In this document: positions 37,722-47,412 of the stretch, piece after piece
Numbering within the stretch: the first letter of the stretch is position 1
How the letters are laid out: every line of letters starts with the position of its first letter
Source: an uncultured Candidatus Rokubacteria bacterium
GTDB taxonomy: Bacteria > Methylomirabilota > Methylomirabilia > Rokubacteriales > DASRDR01
Direction: 5' to 3'
Length of the DNA stretch: 64,000 nt
Assembly (NCBI GenBank): GCA_963826115.1
Contig: CAWGVS010000010.1
Span: forward strand, 384,001-448,000
Notes under the pieces: generated by a model
Database searches by the model: none
What the model was told of the DNA's origin: nothing
What the model saw: the letters and a program-made list of their open reading frames with translations, nothing else
Program-made: the position numbers and the translations under genes

Positions 37722-38980
37722 TCCGCGCCTGACAGCTCGCGGAGGCGGCCCTCGAGGAAGCGGCGCTCCGGTTCCTGTCGGGTGAGGGCGAGCGCGCGCT
37801 CGTAGGACGCGCGGGCCTCCGCCGCGCGGCCCAGCCGGCGGCAGAAGTCGGCCCGGGTCGAGTGGGCGAGGTGGTAGTCGGCGAGGTCGCCGCGCGCGAG
37901 AATGGCGTCGACCAGGGCCAGGCCCGCTTCCGCACCCTGGTGCATCGCCACCGCCACGGCGCGGTTCAGCTCGATCACCGGCGACGGCTCCACCCGCAGC
38001 AGCAGGTCGTACAGACCCACGATCTGGGCCCAGTCGGTCGCGTCCGCGGTCGGCGCCTGCGCGTGCACCGCGGCGATCGCCGCCTGGAGCGTGTACGGGC
38101 CGAAGCGGCGCGAGGACAGGGCCTGCGAGACCAGGCGCGATCCCTCCGCGATCTGCCGGCGGTCCCAGGCCGAGCGGTCCTGGGCGTCCAGGAGGATGAG
38201 CTCGCCGTCCGGCGTCGTGCGCGCCGCGCGCCGAGACTCGTGGAGCAGCATCAGCGCGAGGAGGCCCACCGCCTCGGGCTCTGGCAGGAGCTCGGTCAGG
38301 AGCCGCCCCAGCCGGATCGCCTCGCCGGAGAGGTCGTGACGCGTGAGCGAGGGTCCCGAGGACGCGAAGTACCCCTCGTTGAACACGAGGTAGATCACGT
38401 GGAGCACGGTGTCCAGCCGGTCCGGAAGCTCGGCGCGCTCCGGCACCTGGTAGGGGATGCCCGCGTCGCGGATCTTGGCCTTCGCCCGCACGATCCGCTG
38501 CGCGACGGCGCTCGGCGCGCTGAGGAAGGCCCGCGCGATCTCCTCCGTCGTGAGGCCGCAGACCTCGCGTAGCGTCAGCGCCACCTGGCCGGCCGGTGGG
38601 AGGGCCGGGTGGCAGCAGGTGAAGATCAGCCGCAGACGGTCGTCCTCGACGTCCTCTTCCTCGCGCATGGCTACGTCTTGCGCCTCCCCCTCGAGCCGTT
38701 CGGCGAGCTCACCCGAGGTGGCGTCGAAGCGGGCGCGCCGGCGGAGGCCGTCGATCGCTTTGAACCGGCCGGCGGAGACGAGCCAGGCGCGCGGATTCGC
38801 CGGCACGCCGTCCTTGGGCCACCGCTCCACCGCGGCGGCGAATGCCTCGTGGAGCGCCTCCTCGGCGAGGTCGAAGTCGCCGAGGAGGCGGATCAGGGTG
38901 GCGAGGACCCGCCGCGACTCGGCGCGGTAGACGGCCTCGACCGTCTCGCGCCCGCGCTCGCCCGCGCTCTCGTCCACCAT
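37718..38980 (-). CDS. ECF sigma factor with TPR-like C-terminal extension (ECF42 type)
   Basis: DFDLAEEA, WP..G.P.NP.AWL, DDRLRL.FTCCHPAL, GPY.LQAAIAA.H, SPV.ELNRAVA; next to DGPF genes. Confidence 0.9.
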   Translation of the reverse strand: MVDESAGERGRETVEAVYRAESRRVLATLIRLLGDFDLAEEALHEAFAAAVERWPKDGVPANPRAWLVSAGRFKAIDGLRRRARFDATSGELAERLEGEAQDVAMREEEDVEDDRLRLIFTCCHPALPPAGQVALTLREVCGLTTEEIARAFLSAPSAVAQRIVRAKAKIRDAGIPYQVPERAELPDRLDTVLHVIYLVFNEGYFASSGPSLTRHDLSGEAIRLGRLLTELLPEPEAVGLLALMLLHESRRAARTTPDGELILLDAQDRSAWDRRQIAEGSRLVSQALSSRRFGPYTLQAAIAAVHAQAPTADATDWAQIVGLYDLLLRVEPSPVIELNRAVAVAMHQGAEAGLALVDAILARGDLADYHLAHSTRADFCRRLGRAAEARASYERALALTRQEPERRFLEGRLRELSGAD

Positions 38981-39008
38981 TCCCACAAGCGGCGGCTGGG
39001 CTGCCCCG

Positions 39009-39374
39009 CTATTGGTGACAGCCGTCGGCGATGGGTCGGACCTCGACGGCCCAGCCCTGATGCTCGCCGAGCCGCGCGCCCGGGTGCATCGATGCCACCC
39101 GGACCGCCTCGTCGAAGTCCTTGGCCTCGATGATGAACAGGCCGCCGACCGTCTCCTTGGTCTCGACGAACGGGCCGTCGGTGGTGACGAGCCGGCCGTT
39201 CCGGGTGCGGACGGTCCGGGTCGCCCACTCGAGGCTCTCCACGGAGACGAGGTGGCCGCTCTGCCGGAGCTCCTCGTCGTAGACGCGGCATTTCGCGACC
39301 AGGGCCTCGAACTCGTCCTTGGACAGGGCCTCCATCTTCTGCTGGTCGCCGTAGGCGAGGCACAGGAACCTCAT
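39009..39374 (-). CDS. YciI/DGPF domain protein
   Basis: TDGPFVETKETVGG, EVRP. Confidence 0.92.
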   Translation of the reverse strand: MRFLCLAYGDQQKMEALSKDEFEALVAKCRVYDEELRQSGHLVSVESLEWATRTVRTRNGRLVTTDGPFVETKETVGGLFIIEAKDFDEAVRVASMHPGARLGEHQGWAVEVRPIADGCHQ

Positions 39375-39488
39375 GACTCCTCCTCGATCGCGCGGAGATC
39401 GCGCTGAGCTGGGGACGGACGTCCGGTATCGATCGGTCGGTGCTCAGGAGTCCGCTCGTTCGAGCGTACCCCTGGCGCCGGCAGCTGG

Positions 39489-39845
39489 CTACGGTCGCGT
39501 GAACTCCCTCACGGGGCGCACCTCGATGCACCCGAGCCGCCCGGGCGGCATCTTCGAGGCCACGCGGATGGCGTCGTTCAGGTCCCGCGCCTCGATCAGC
39601 AGGAACCCGCCGAGCTGCTCCTTCGTCTCGGCGAAGGGGCCGTCGGTCGTCGTGAGCCGCCCGTTCCGCGTGCGGATCGTCGTGGCGGTCTGGACGGGCT
39701 GGAGGGCGTTCGAGGCGATGTACTGCCCGCTCCGCCGCAGCGCCTCGAGGTACTCGAACGTCTCGCTGACGAGGGTGTCGGACTCTGCCTTCGAGAGGGC
39801 GTCGAACGCTCGCTCCTCGTGGTAGATCAAGCAGAGGTATCTCAA
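39489..39845 (-). CDS. YciI/DGPF domain protein
   Basis: TTG start (MRYLCLIY) after AAGGAGG; TDGPFAETKEQLGG, IEVRP. Confidence 0.9.
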   Translation of the reverse strand: MRYLCLIYHEERAFDALSKAESDTLVSETFEYLEALRRSGQYIASNALQPVQTATTIRTRNGRLTTTDGPFAETKEQLGGFLLIEARDLNDAIRVASKMPPGRLGCIEVRPVREFTRP

Positions 39846-39890
39846 GGAGATCTCCTCCTTCTCGGGGTGGAAGGGCGCAGTCACCCCGTA

Positions 39891-39917
39891 GTCGTCCGGC
39901 GCCGTCCGGGATCGACA
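39891..39917 (-). promoter_or_regulatory. ECF42-type promoter, leftward
   Basis: Minus strand TGTCGA-N17-CGAC(TA), upstream of yciI-yciI-ECF. Confidence 0.7.
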
Positions 39918-39967
39918 TGCCGCGCTCGCCGGGGGCGCCCCAGGGTCACGCCGGGCCGGGCGGAGGG

Positions 39968-39994
39968 TGTCGATCGCCGGGGGCCCCGTTCGAC
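39968..39994 (+). promoter_or_regulatory. ECF42-type promoter, rightward
   Basis: TGTCGA-N17-CGAC(TA), upstream of the BNR-MoaD-YciI operon. Confidence 0.7.
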
Positions 39995-40094
39995 TATAGA
40001 GTGAGAGGAAGGGTACCTGGTCCCGGTACGGGGACCGGGCTCGCGTGACGGACTGCAGGCCGAGCCATCCAGAGGCTCGGGAAGGAGCTTGGGG

Positions 40095-41210
40095 ATGAGC
40101 GGAGTACGGGTGCTCGTGGGGACGCGAAAGGGGGCGTTCGTCCTGACGTCGGACGGCAAGCGCGCCCACTGGGATGTCAGTGGCCCCCACTGGGGCGGCT
40201 GGGAGGTCTACCACCTCAAGGGCTCGCCCGTTGACCCGAACCGGCTGTATGCGTCCCAGTCCTCGGGCTGGTTCGGCCAGCTGATCCAGCGCTCGGACGA
40301 CGGCGGCAAGACGTGGGACGCGGTCGGGAACAAGCTCGTCTACGAGGGCGTCCCCGGGATGCACCTCTGGTACGACGGCACCCCGCGTCCTTGGGAGTTC
40401 TCGCGTGTCTGGCACCTCGAGCCGTCCCTGACCGATCCGGACACCGTCTACGCCGGGGTGCAGGACGCCGCGCTCTTCCGCTCGACCGACGGCGGGCAGA
40501 CCTGGCAGGAGCTGGCCGGGCTCCGCCAGCACCCGTCCGCCGGCCAGTGGCAGCCAGGCGCCGGCGGACTCTGTCTCCACACCATCCTTTTGGACCGGAG
40601 CCACCCCGGGCGCATGTTCGCGGCGATCTCGGCGGCGGGCACCTTCCGGAGCGACGACGCCGGCCAGACGTGGCGGCCCATCAACAAGGGGCTCCGGTCG
40701 GAGCAGATCCCCGACCCCACCGCGGAGGTCGGCCACTGCGTCCACCGCATCGCCATGCACCCGTCGCGTCCCCGGACGCTCTTCATGCAGAAGCACTGGG
40801 ACGTGATGCGGAGCGACGACGCCGGCGAGACGTGGCGGGAGGTGAGCGGCAACCTGCCGACCGACTTCGGGTTCCCGATCGACGTCCACGCCCACGAGCC
40901 GGAGACGATCTACGTGGTGCCGATCAAGAGCGACTCGGAGCACTACGTGCCGGACGCGAAGCTCCGCGTCTACCGGAGCCGCACGGGCGGCGGCGAGTGG
41001 GAGGCGCTCACGAAGGGCCTGCCGCAGCGGGACTGCTACGTGAACGTGCTGCGCGACTCGATGGCCGTCGATTCCTTGGACCCGTGCGGCGTCTACTTCG
41101 GCACCACCGGCGGCCAGGTCTACGCCTCCGCCGACGCGGGGGACAGCTGGGCGCCCATCGTGCGAGACCTGCCGTCCGTGGTGTCGGTCGAGGTCCAGAC
41201 GCTCGCATGA
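40095..41210 (+). CDS. BNR/Asp-box beta-propeller (sialidase-like) protein
   Basis: Repeated RSxDGGxTW Asp-box motifs; no signal peptide. Confidence 0.88.
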   Translation: MSGVRVLVGTRKGAFVLTSDGKRAHWDVSGPHWGGWEVYHLKGSPVDPNRLYASQSSGWFGQLIQRSDDGGKTWDAVGNKLVYEGVPGMHLWYDGTPRPWEFSRVWHLEPSLTDPDTVYAGVQDAALFRSTDGGQTWQELAGLRQHPSAGQWQPGAGGLCLHTILLDRSHPGRMFAAISAAGTFRSDDAGQTWRPINKGLRSEQIPDPTAEVGHCVHRIAMHPSRPRTLFMQKHWDVMRSDDAGETWREVSGNLPTDFGFPIDVHAHEPETIYVVPIKSDSEHYVPDAKLRVYRSRTGGGEWEALTKGLPQRDCYVNVLRDSMAVDSLDPCGVYFGTTGGQVYASADAGDSWAPIVRDLPSVVSVEVQTLA

Positions 41211-41503
41211 TCCGGGTGGTGCTCCCGGCGCACCTCCGGACGCTCGCCCGCGCGGAGGGGGAGGTGCGGCTCGACGTCGACGGCGAGGCCACCACGCGGG
41301 CGGTCCTCGACGCGCTGGAGGCGCGCTACCCGATGCTGCGAGGGACGGTCCGCGACCAGGTGACGGGCCGGCGCCGGGCGTTCCTGCGGTTCTTCGCCTG
41401 CGGGGAGGACCTGTCCCACGAGTCGCCCGAGGCCCCGCTGCCGGAAGCGGTCGCGACGGGAAAGGAGCCGTTCCTGATCGTCGGCGCGATGGCCGGCGGC
41501 TAG
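41207..41503 (+). CDS. MoaD/ThiS ubiquitin-like protein
   Basis: V.LP..LR start, C-terminal AMAGG; ATGA overlap. Confidence 0.88.
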   Translation: MIRVVLPAHLRTLARAEGEVRLDVDGEATTRAVLDALEARYPMLRGTVRDQVTGRRRAFLRFFACGEDLSHESPEAPLPEAVATGKEPFLIVGAMAGG

Positions 41504-41524
41504 GGACGTGATGGAGGAACGCGC

Positions 41525-41890
41525 GTGAGATACATGCTGCTGATCTACCTGCACGAGCACGCCCTGGACGAGGCCGAGCGCGAGGCCTGCTACCGGGAGT
41601 CCATCCAGCTCGCGCACGAGCTTCGCGCCGCCGGGCAGTACCTCGACGCCGCACCGCTCCAGCCCGTCGCGACGGCGGCGAGCGTCCGGGTGCGCGACGG
41701 CCGGCGGCTCGTGACCGACGGCCCGTTCGCCGAGACGCGCGAGCAGCTGGGCGGCTTCTTCATGATCGAGGCGAAGGACCTCGACGAGGCGACCGCCGTG
41801 GCCGCGCGGATCCCGATGGCGCGGAAGGGGACCGTGGAGGTCCGCCCGGTGATCGAGATCGCCGGTCTGCCGGACCCCGGGACGGTCTGA
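41525..41890 (+). CDS. YciI/DGPF domain protein
   Basis: MRYMLLIY, TDGPFAETREQLGG, VEVRP. Confidence 0.92.
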   Translation: MRYMLLIYLHEHALDEAEREACYRESIQLAHELRAAGQYLDAAPLQPVATAASVRVRDGRRLVTDGPFAETREQLGGFFMIEAKDLDEATAVAARIPMARKGTVEVRPVIEIAGLPDPGTV

Positions 41891-41907
41891 GGCCAGGGGG
41901 AAACGCC

Positions 41908-42447
41908 GTGCTGAAGAAGGTCCTCATCGTCCTGGCTGTGCTGGTCGTCATCCTCGTCGTGGTGACCGCCCTCCAGCCGTCCGAGTTCCACGTCGCGCGG
42001 GCGACCACCGTCGCCGCGCCTGCCCCGGTGGTGTTCGCGCAGGTGAACGACTTCCACAAGTGGGAAGCCTGGAATCCCTGGGCGAGGATCGACCCGACGA
42101 TGAAGCAGGAGTATCAAGGTTCTCCGGCGGGCGTCGGCGCCGTCTACACCTGGGTCGGCAACTCCGAGGTGGGCGAGGGGCGGATGACCGTCGTGGAGAG
42201 CCGCCCGAGCGACCTCATCCGGGTGAAGCTCGAGTTCTTCAAGCCGATGGCGGGCGAGAGCGTCGCCGAGTTCACCTTCACGCCAGACGGCGACCGGACG
42301 GCCGTGACGTGGAGCATGAGCGGGCGGAACAATTTCATCGCCAAGGCGATGTGCCTGGTGATGAACATGGACAAGATGATCGGCGGCCAGTTCGAGAAGG
42401 GCCTGGCGCAGATGAGGGTGGCGGCGGAAGCCGCCGCCAAAGGCTGA
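41908..42447 (+). CDS. SRPBCC/polyketide cyclase-like protein
   Basis: W..WNPW...DP, G.GA.YTW.GN.EVG.G.M, FEKGL. Confidence 0.88.
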   Translation: MLKKVLIVLAVLVVILVVVTALQPSEFHVARATTVAAPAPVVFAQVNDFHKWEAWNPWARIDPTMKQEYQGSPAGVGAVYTWVGNSEVGEGRMTVVESRPSDLIRVKLEFFKPMAGESVAEFTFTPDGDRTAVTWSMSGRNNFIAKAMCLVMNMDKMIGGQFEKGLAQMRVAAEAAAKG

Positions 42448-42476
42448 GGACTCGCCCGATGGCGGAGGGTAGGGTT

Positions 42477-42875
42477 TTGAACACCGTTTTGTGGGTCCTG
42501 CAAGGGTTGCTGGCGCTCGTCTACCTGTTGTCGGGCGGCATGAAGTTCGTGATGTCGATCGAGGAAATGACGAAGGACATCGCCCTACCCGGGGCCTTCC
42601 TGCGTTTCATCGGGGTGGCCGAGGTCGTCGGCGCGCTCGGGCTGGTCCTGCCCGGCCTCACGGGCATCCGGCCAGGCCTCACGCCGCTGGCCGCCGCAGG
42701 GCTCGTGATCATCATGACCGGGGCGACGCTGATCACCGCCGCGACCGTGGGGATGCCGATCGTGCTGATCCCGCTGGCGGTCGGGCTCGCCGTCGCCTTC
42801 GTGGGTTACGGCCGCTGGCGTCTGGCGCCGCTCCGCAGCCGTGCCCGACCGTCGCCCGTTCGGCCGTCCCGCTAG
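42477..42875 (+). CDS. DoxX-like membrane protein
   Basis: LWVLQ.LLA, FIG.AEV.GA.GL.LP, LTPLAA.GL; TTG start after GGAGG (alternative ATG at 42459). Confidence 0.85.
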   Translation: MNTVLWVLQGLLALVYLLSGGMKFVMSIEEMTKDIALPGAFLRFIGVAEVVGALGLVLPGLTGIRPGLTPLAAAGLVIIMTGATLITAATVGMPIVLIPLAVGLAVAFVGYGRWRLAPLRSRARPSPVRPSR

Positions 42876-42947
42876 TCCCGCCGTCCTGATACGCTGAAGA
42901 TGCGGGGGGGCGCGCGACCCTACCGGGGCCGCCGCGGTCCTGCGATC

Positions 42948-44737
42948 ATGCCGGCCCGGATCGAGGACTACGCGCTCATCGGCGACTGTCACACCGCGGC
43001 CCTCGTGGCGCGCGACGGGTCGATGGATTGGCTGTGCTTGCCGCGCTTCGACTCCGGCGCGTGCTTCGCGGCCCTCCTGGGGTCGCCGGACCACGGCCGG
43101 TGGCGGGTCGGCCCGGCGGTGCCCGCGCGCGCGACCCGCCGGCGCTACCGGGGCGACAGCCTCGTCCTCGAGACCGAGCACGACGTGGACGGCGGCACGG
43201 TGCGGGTCGTCGACTGCATGCCGCCCCGGACCGCGGCCCCCGACGTCGTGCGGATCGTGGAGGGCGTCCGGGGACGGGTGCCAGTGCGGTCCGACCTGGC
43301 GATCCGGTTCGACTACGGCGCGATCGTGCCCTGGGTCCAGCGGTCCGAAGGGGGGATCCGGGCCATCGCCGGTCCGGACACGCTGTTTCTCAGGACCCCC
43401 GCGCCGCTCCGGGGCGAGGGCTTCACGACCGTCAGCGAGTTCACGGTGGGGGAAGGGGAGCGCGTCAGCTTCGACCTCACATGGTGCCCGACGTGCGACC
43501 TCCGGCCCGAGGCGATCGACGCCGAGGCCGCGGTCGCCGAGACAGAGCGGTGGTGGACCGAGTGGGCGGCGCGCTGCCGGTATCGCGGCCCGTGGCGGGA
43601 GGCGGTGACGCGCTCCCTCATCACCCTGAAGGCCCTGACCTACGCTCCGACCGGCGGCATCGTGGCCGCGCCGACGACGTCCTTGCCCGAGCGGCTGGGC
43701 GGGGTGCGCAACTGGGACTACCGCCTCTGCTGGATCCGCGACGCGACCTTCACGCTCTATGCCCTGATGCTCGGCGGCTACGTCGACGAGGCGCGAGCCT
43801 GGCGCGACTGGCTACTCCGCGCGGTCGCCGGCATGCCGTCGCAGATCCAGATCATGTACGGGATCGCGGGCGAGCGGCGACTCACGGAGCTGGAGCTCCC
43901 GTGGCTCCCCGGGTACGAGGGCGCGGCGCCGGTGCGGATCGGCAACGCCGCGTATGGCCAGCGCCAGCTCGACATCTTCGGGGAGGTGCTGGACGCCTTC
44001 CACGTGGCCCGGCGCGAGGGCCTGCCCGACGACGAGACGGCGTGGCGAGTCCAGCGCGAGCTGCTCGGCTACCTCGAGACGATCTGGCAGGAGCCCGACG
44101 AGGGGATCTGGGAGGTCCGCGGCCCCCGCCGGCACTTCACGCACTCCAAGGTGATGGCGTGGGTGGCGCTCGACCGCGCCGTGAAGGGGGTCGAGCGGTT
44201 CGGGCTCGACGGGGACGTCGGACGGTGGCGCGCCCTCCGGGACGCGATCCACGCGAGGTGTGCGAGAAGGGGTTCGACCCAGGCCGCCAGACGTTCGTCC
44301 AGTACTACGGGAGCCGCGAACCCGACGCGAGCCTCCTCATGATGCCGCTCGTCGGGTTCCTGCCGGCTTCAGACTCCCGCGTGCGCGGAACGGTGGCGGC
44401 CATCGAGCGGGAGCTCATGGCGGATGGGTTCGTGCGGCGCTACCTGCCCCATCCCGACGTGGACGGTCTCCCGCCGGGAGAGGGCGCTTTCCTGGCGTGC
44501 ACGTTCTGGCTTGCCGACAACCTGAGCCTGCTCGGCCGGGACGCCGACGCCCGCGCGCTCTTCGAGCGCCTGTGCGGGCTGGCCAACGATGTGGGACTCC
44601 TGTCAGAGCAGTACGACCCCGTGTCGCAGCGACTCGTTGGCAACTTCCCGCAGGCCTTCACGCACGTCTCGCTGATCAACACCGCCTGCAACCTCGCGGG
44701 CGGGCGCGGCCCTGCGGACCACCGGCCCGCGAGCTGA
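42948..44737 (+). CDS. glycoside hydrolase family 15 (glucoamylase/trehalase-like), one -1 frameshift at ~44255
   Basis: IEDYALIGD, RNWDYR.CWIRD, QLD.FGE, EPDEGIWE; C-terminus (EGAFLACTFW, GNFPQAFTH) in another frame. Confidence 0.88.
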
Positions 44738-44912
44738 CACCGACTCACCCGGCCCTCCGCCCGTAACATATCGTAACAATGTGTGATTCGGCGGTCGGAC
44801 ACCGCGACGGCGGCTGGGCTATACTCCTCGCGACCCACGGCCGGGACGCCATCCGGTGCCGTGGCCCGCGATCGTGTCGCGGGACGATGTGTCGCGGACG
44901 AGAGGAGCGTGG

Positions 44913-46265
44913 ATGTCGGGGAGCGACGATCAGCGCCTGATGGCCCCTCGGTCGGAATCCGGCGCGCCTCTCGTCGCGGAGCCCGGATCGGAGCTCTCGG
45001 CGCGCTCGGCGGCCGTGTTCCCGGGCGCCTCGCTCGGCGAGTACAACCTCCCCGAGGACCTGGCCGTCGTCCTCACGAAGGGCGACGGGCCCGTGGTGTG
45101 GGACAGCACCGGCCGCCGATTCCTCGACTTCACGATGGGCTGGGGCTCGGTCCTGCTCGGGCACGCCCATCCCGCCGTGGTCGAGGCGGTCCGTCGCCAG
45201 GCGGGCCTCGGGTCCAACTTCGCCTACGTGAGCGCACCGGCCCTCGAGCTCGGCGAGGAGATCCAGCGCGCGATGCCCTGCGCGGAGCGCCTCCGCTTCT
45301 GCGCGTCCGGCACCGAGGCCACGGCGTACGCCGCGCGCCTGGCGCGCGCCTTCACCGGCCGGCCGCGGCTCCTGAAGTTCGAGGGCGCGTACCACGGCGC
45401 CAACGAGCTCGGGACGGTGAGCCTGTTCCCGCGTCGCCTCCACGACTTCCCGCGCGGCGAGCCGAGCTCGGCGGGGCTGCCCTCGAGCGCGGTGGCGGAT
45501 GTCCTCGTCGCCCCGTTCAACGACCTCGGGACGACGGAGGCCATCGTCCGGGCCCACCGGGACGAGCTCGCCGGGATCGTCGTCGAGCCGCTCCACCGCT
45601 GCACGTCGCCCCGGCCGGGTTTCCTCGCGGGGCTCCGGCGGCTGGCGTCGGAGACGGAGAGCCTGCTGATCTTCGACGAGACGGTCACCGGCTTCCGGTT
45701 GGCGTACGGCGGCGCCCAGGCCTACTACGGCGTCACGCCCGACCTGTGCGCCCTCGGCAAGGCGCTCGGCGGCGGCTATCCCCTCGGCGCAATCGCGGGG
45801 CGCGCCGACGTCCTCGACCTCGTCCGCGAGGACCGCTTCGGCGAGCCGCGCTACGTCTGGTACGCGTCGAGCCTCGGCGGGAACCCGGTCTCCGCGGCGG
45901 CCGGGCTGGCCGCGCTCGCGGAGCTCCGGAAGCCCGGGACCTACGCGCGCCTCTTCGCCCTGGGCGCGGCGCTCCGCGCGGGCCTCCGGGCCGTGCTCCG
46001 CGAGGAGGGCGTGACGGCCCACGTGCAGGGGGACGGCCCTCTCGCCGCGGTGGTGTTCACCGACGGCGAGGTGGTGGACTACCGCTCGGCCTTCCGCGCG
46101 GACCGCCAGCGGGCTCGCGCCTTCCTGCTGGGCCTGTTTCGCCGAGGCATCTTCCTCAACCCCATGTCGACGAAGCTCTACCTGTCGCTCGCCCATACCG
46201 AGCGAGAGATCGGCCTGTTCCTGGACGCGGCTCGCGCCACCCTGCGCGAGGACTGCCGTGCCTGA
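44913..46265 (+). CDS. class III PLP aminotransferase (GSA aminomutase-like)
   Basis: LLGHAHP, SGTEA, FEGAYHG, FDETVTGFR, PDL..LGKALGGG.P. Confidence 0.88.
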   Translation: MSGSDDQRLMAPRSESGAPLVAEPGSELSARSAAVFPGASLGEYNLPEDLAVVLTKGDGPVVWDSTGRRFLDFTMGWGSVLLGHAHPAVVEAVRRQAGLGSNFAYVSAPALELGEEIQRAMPCAERLRFCASGTEATAYAARLARAFTGRPRLLKFEGAYHGANELGTVSLFPRRLHDFPRGEPSSAGLPSSAVADVLVAPFNDLGTTEAIVRAHRDELAGIVVEPLHRCTSPRPGFLAGLRRLASETESLLIFDETVTGFRLAYGGAQAYYGVTPDLCALGKALGGGYPLGAIAGRADVLDLVREDRFGEPRYVWYASSLGGNPVSAAAGLAALAELRKPGTYARLFALGAALRAGLRAVLREEGVTAHVQGDGPLAAVVFTDGEVVDYRSAFRADRQRARAFLLGLFRRGIFLNPMSTKLYLSLAHTEREIGLFLDAARATLREDCRA

Positions 46266-46341
46266 GCCCCGCCCGAGGACGGTGGCCGCGGCCGACGGAC
46301 CTGACCCCCCTCGTCCGACACCCCGAACCGGAGGAGAAGTC

Positions 46342-47331
46342 ATGAAGCGCACGCTCGTTCTACTCGTCCTCGCCGCGGTCCTCTCGGCGCTCGCGGGCCC
46401 CGCCGCCGCGCAGGACATCAACGCCTACATGGGCACGTCGCCGGAGAACAACGTCAAGATCGTCAACTTCATCAAGGAGAAGACGGGCATCACCGTCAAC
46501 CAGACGTTCCAGTCCTTCGGCGAGATCGAGGCGCGGGTGAAGGCCGAGGCCCCGAACTTCAACGCCGACATGATCATCGGCTGCGGGTCCGCGCTCGGCT
46601 TCCTGGCCAAGAAGAGCGGCTGGTCGGTGCCCTACGTCTCGCCCGGCTGGAAGGGCGTGGCGGACGTCTTCATGGACCCGCAGGGCGACTGGTACAACAT
46701 CGCCAACTTCTCCTTCGTCCTGGTCGGCAACAAGGACCGGCTCGCCAAGGCGGGCTACGCGATGCCCAAGAGCTGGAAGGAGCTCCTGGACCCGAAGTGG
46801 AAGGGCGAGATCGTCATGCCCTCGCCGTTCAGCTCCGGCACCGCCAACATGATGCGCTACTCGTTCCTCGCGCTCTACGGCGACGCCGAGGGCTGGAAGT
46901 TCCTCGAGGCGCTCGATCAGAACATCCACCACTACACGCGGAGCGGCAACGCGCCCACCGACCTGGTCGGGCGCGGCGAGTTCATGCTGGGGCTCACCTC
47001 GGACGAGAACGTGAAGAAGCGCCTCGACGACGGCTACCCGCTGCTCTGGTCGGTGCCCGAGGAAGGCACCGGGTACGACGGCACGTTCGCCCTCGTCCTG
47101 AAGGGGACCAAGAAGCCCGACCTGGCCAAGAAGGTCGTCGACGCGCTCGGCACCCCCGAGTTCTCGGCGCTGATGGCCGGGATCGGGTACGCCACGCCGC
47201 GGCCGGCGCCGAACGCCCTCTACGGCAGCACGCCGCCCAAGTACATCAAGGTCGATCTCGCCAAGGCGGCCGACGACAAGGCGAAGAACAACGACATCTG
47301 GAAGTCCAAGCTCCGCTCGGACTTCAAGTAG
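46342..47331 (+). CDS. ABC substrate-binding protein, AfuA/Fe3+/2-aminoethylphosphonate clade
   Basis: Signal peptide; PKSW.ELL.P.WKGEI.MP.P.SSGT, NI..YT.SG..P. Confidence 0.85.
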   Translation: MKRTLVLLVLAAVLSALAGPAAAQDINAYMGTSPENNVKIVNFIKEKTGITVNQTFQSFGEIEARVKAEAPNFNADMIIGCGSALGFLAKKSGWSVPYVSPGWKGVADVFMDPQGDWYNIANFSFVLVGNKDRLAKAGYAMPKSWKELLDPKWKGEIVMPSPFSSGTANMMRYSFLALYGDAEGWKFLEALDQNIHHYTRSGNAPTDLVGRGEFMLGLTSDENVKKRLDDGYPLLWSVPEEGTGYDGTFALVLKGTKKPDLAKKVVDALGTPEFSALMAGIGYATPRPAPNALYGSTPPKYIKVDLAKAADDKAKNNDIWKSKLRSDFK

Positions 47332-47412
47332 GCGAGGGCGCGCGAGACTCATGCGGCACGGCGCCCGCTGACCCGTCCGGACGTCGTGCGGTCGCGACCG
47401 GGCTCGAGCGTG

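Noticed and set aside
34869-37732. Long alternative-frame and antisense ORFs (also 8571-10817, 46360-49107, 57611-60016 and others)
   Set aside because: Arg/Pro/Gly-rich shadows of real genes, expected in very GC-rich DNA, with no recognisable motifs
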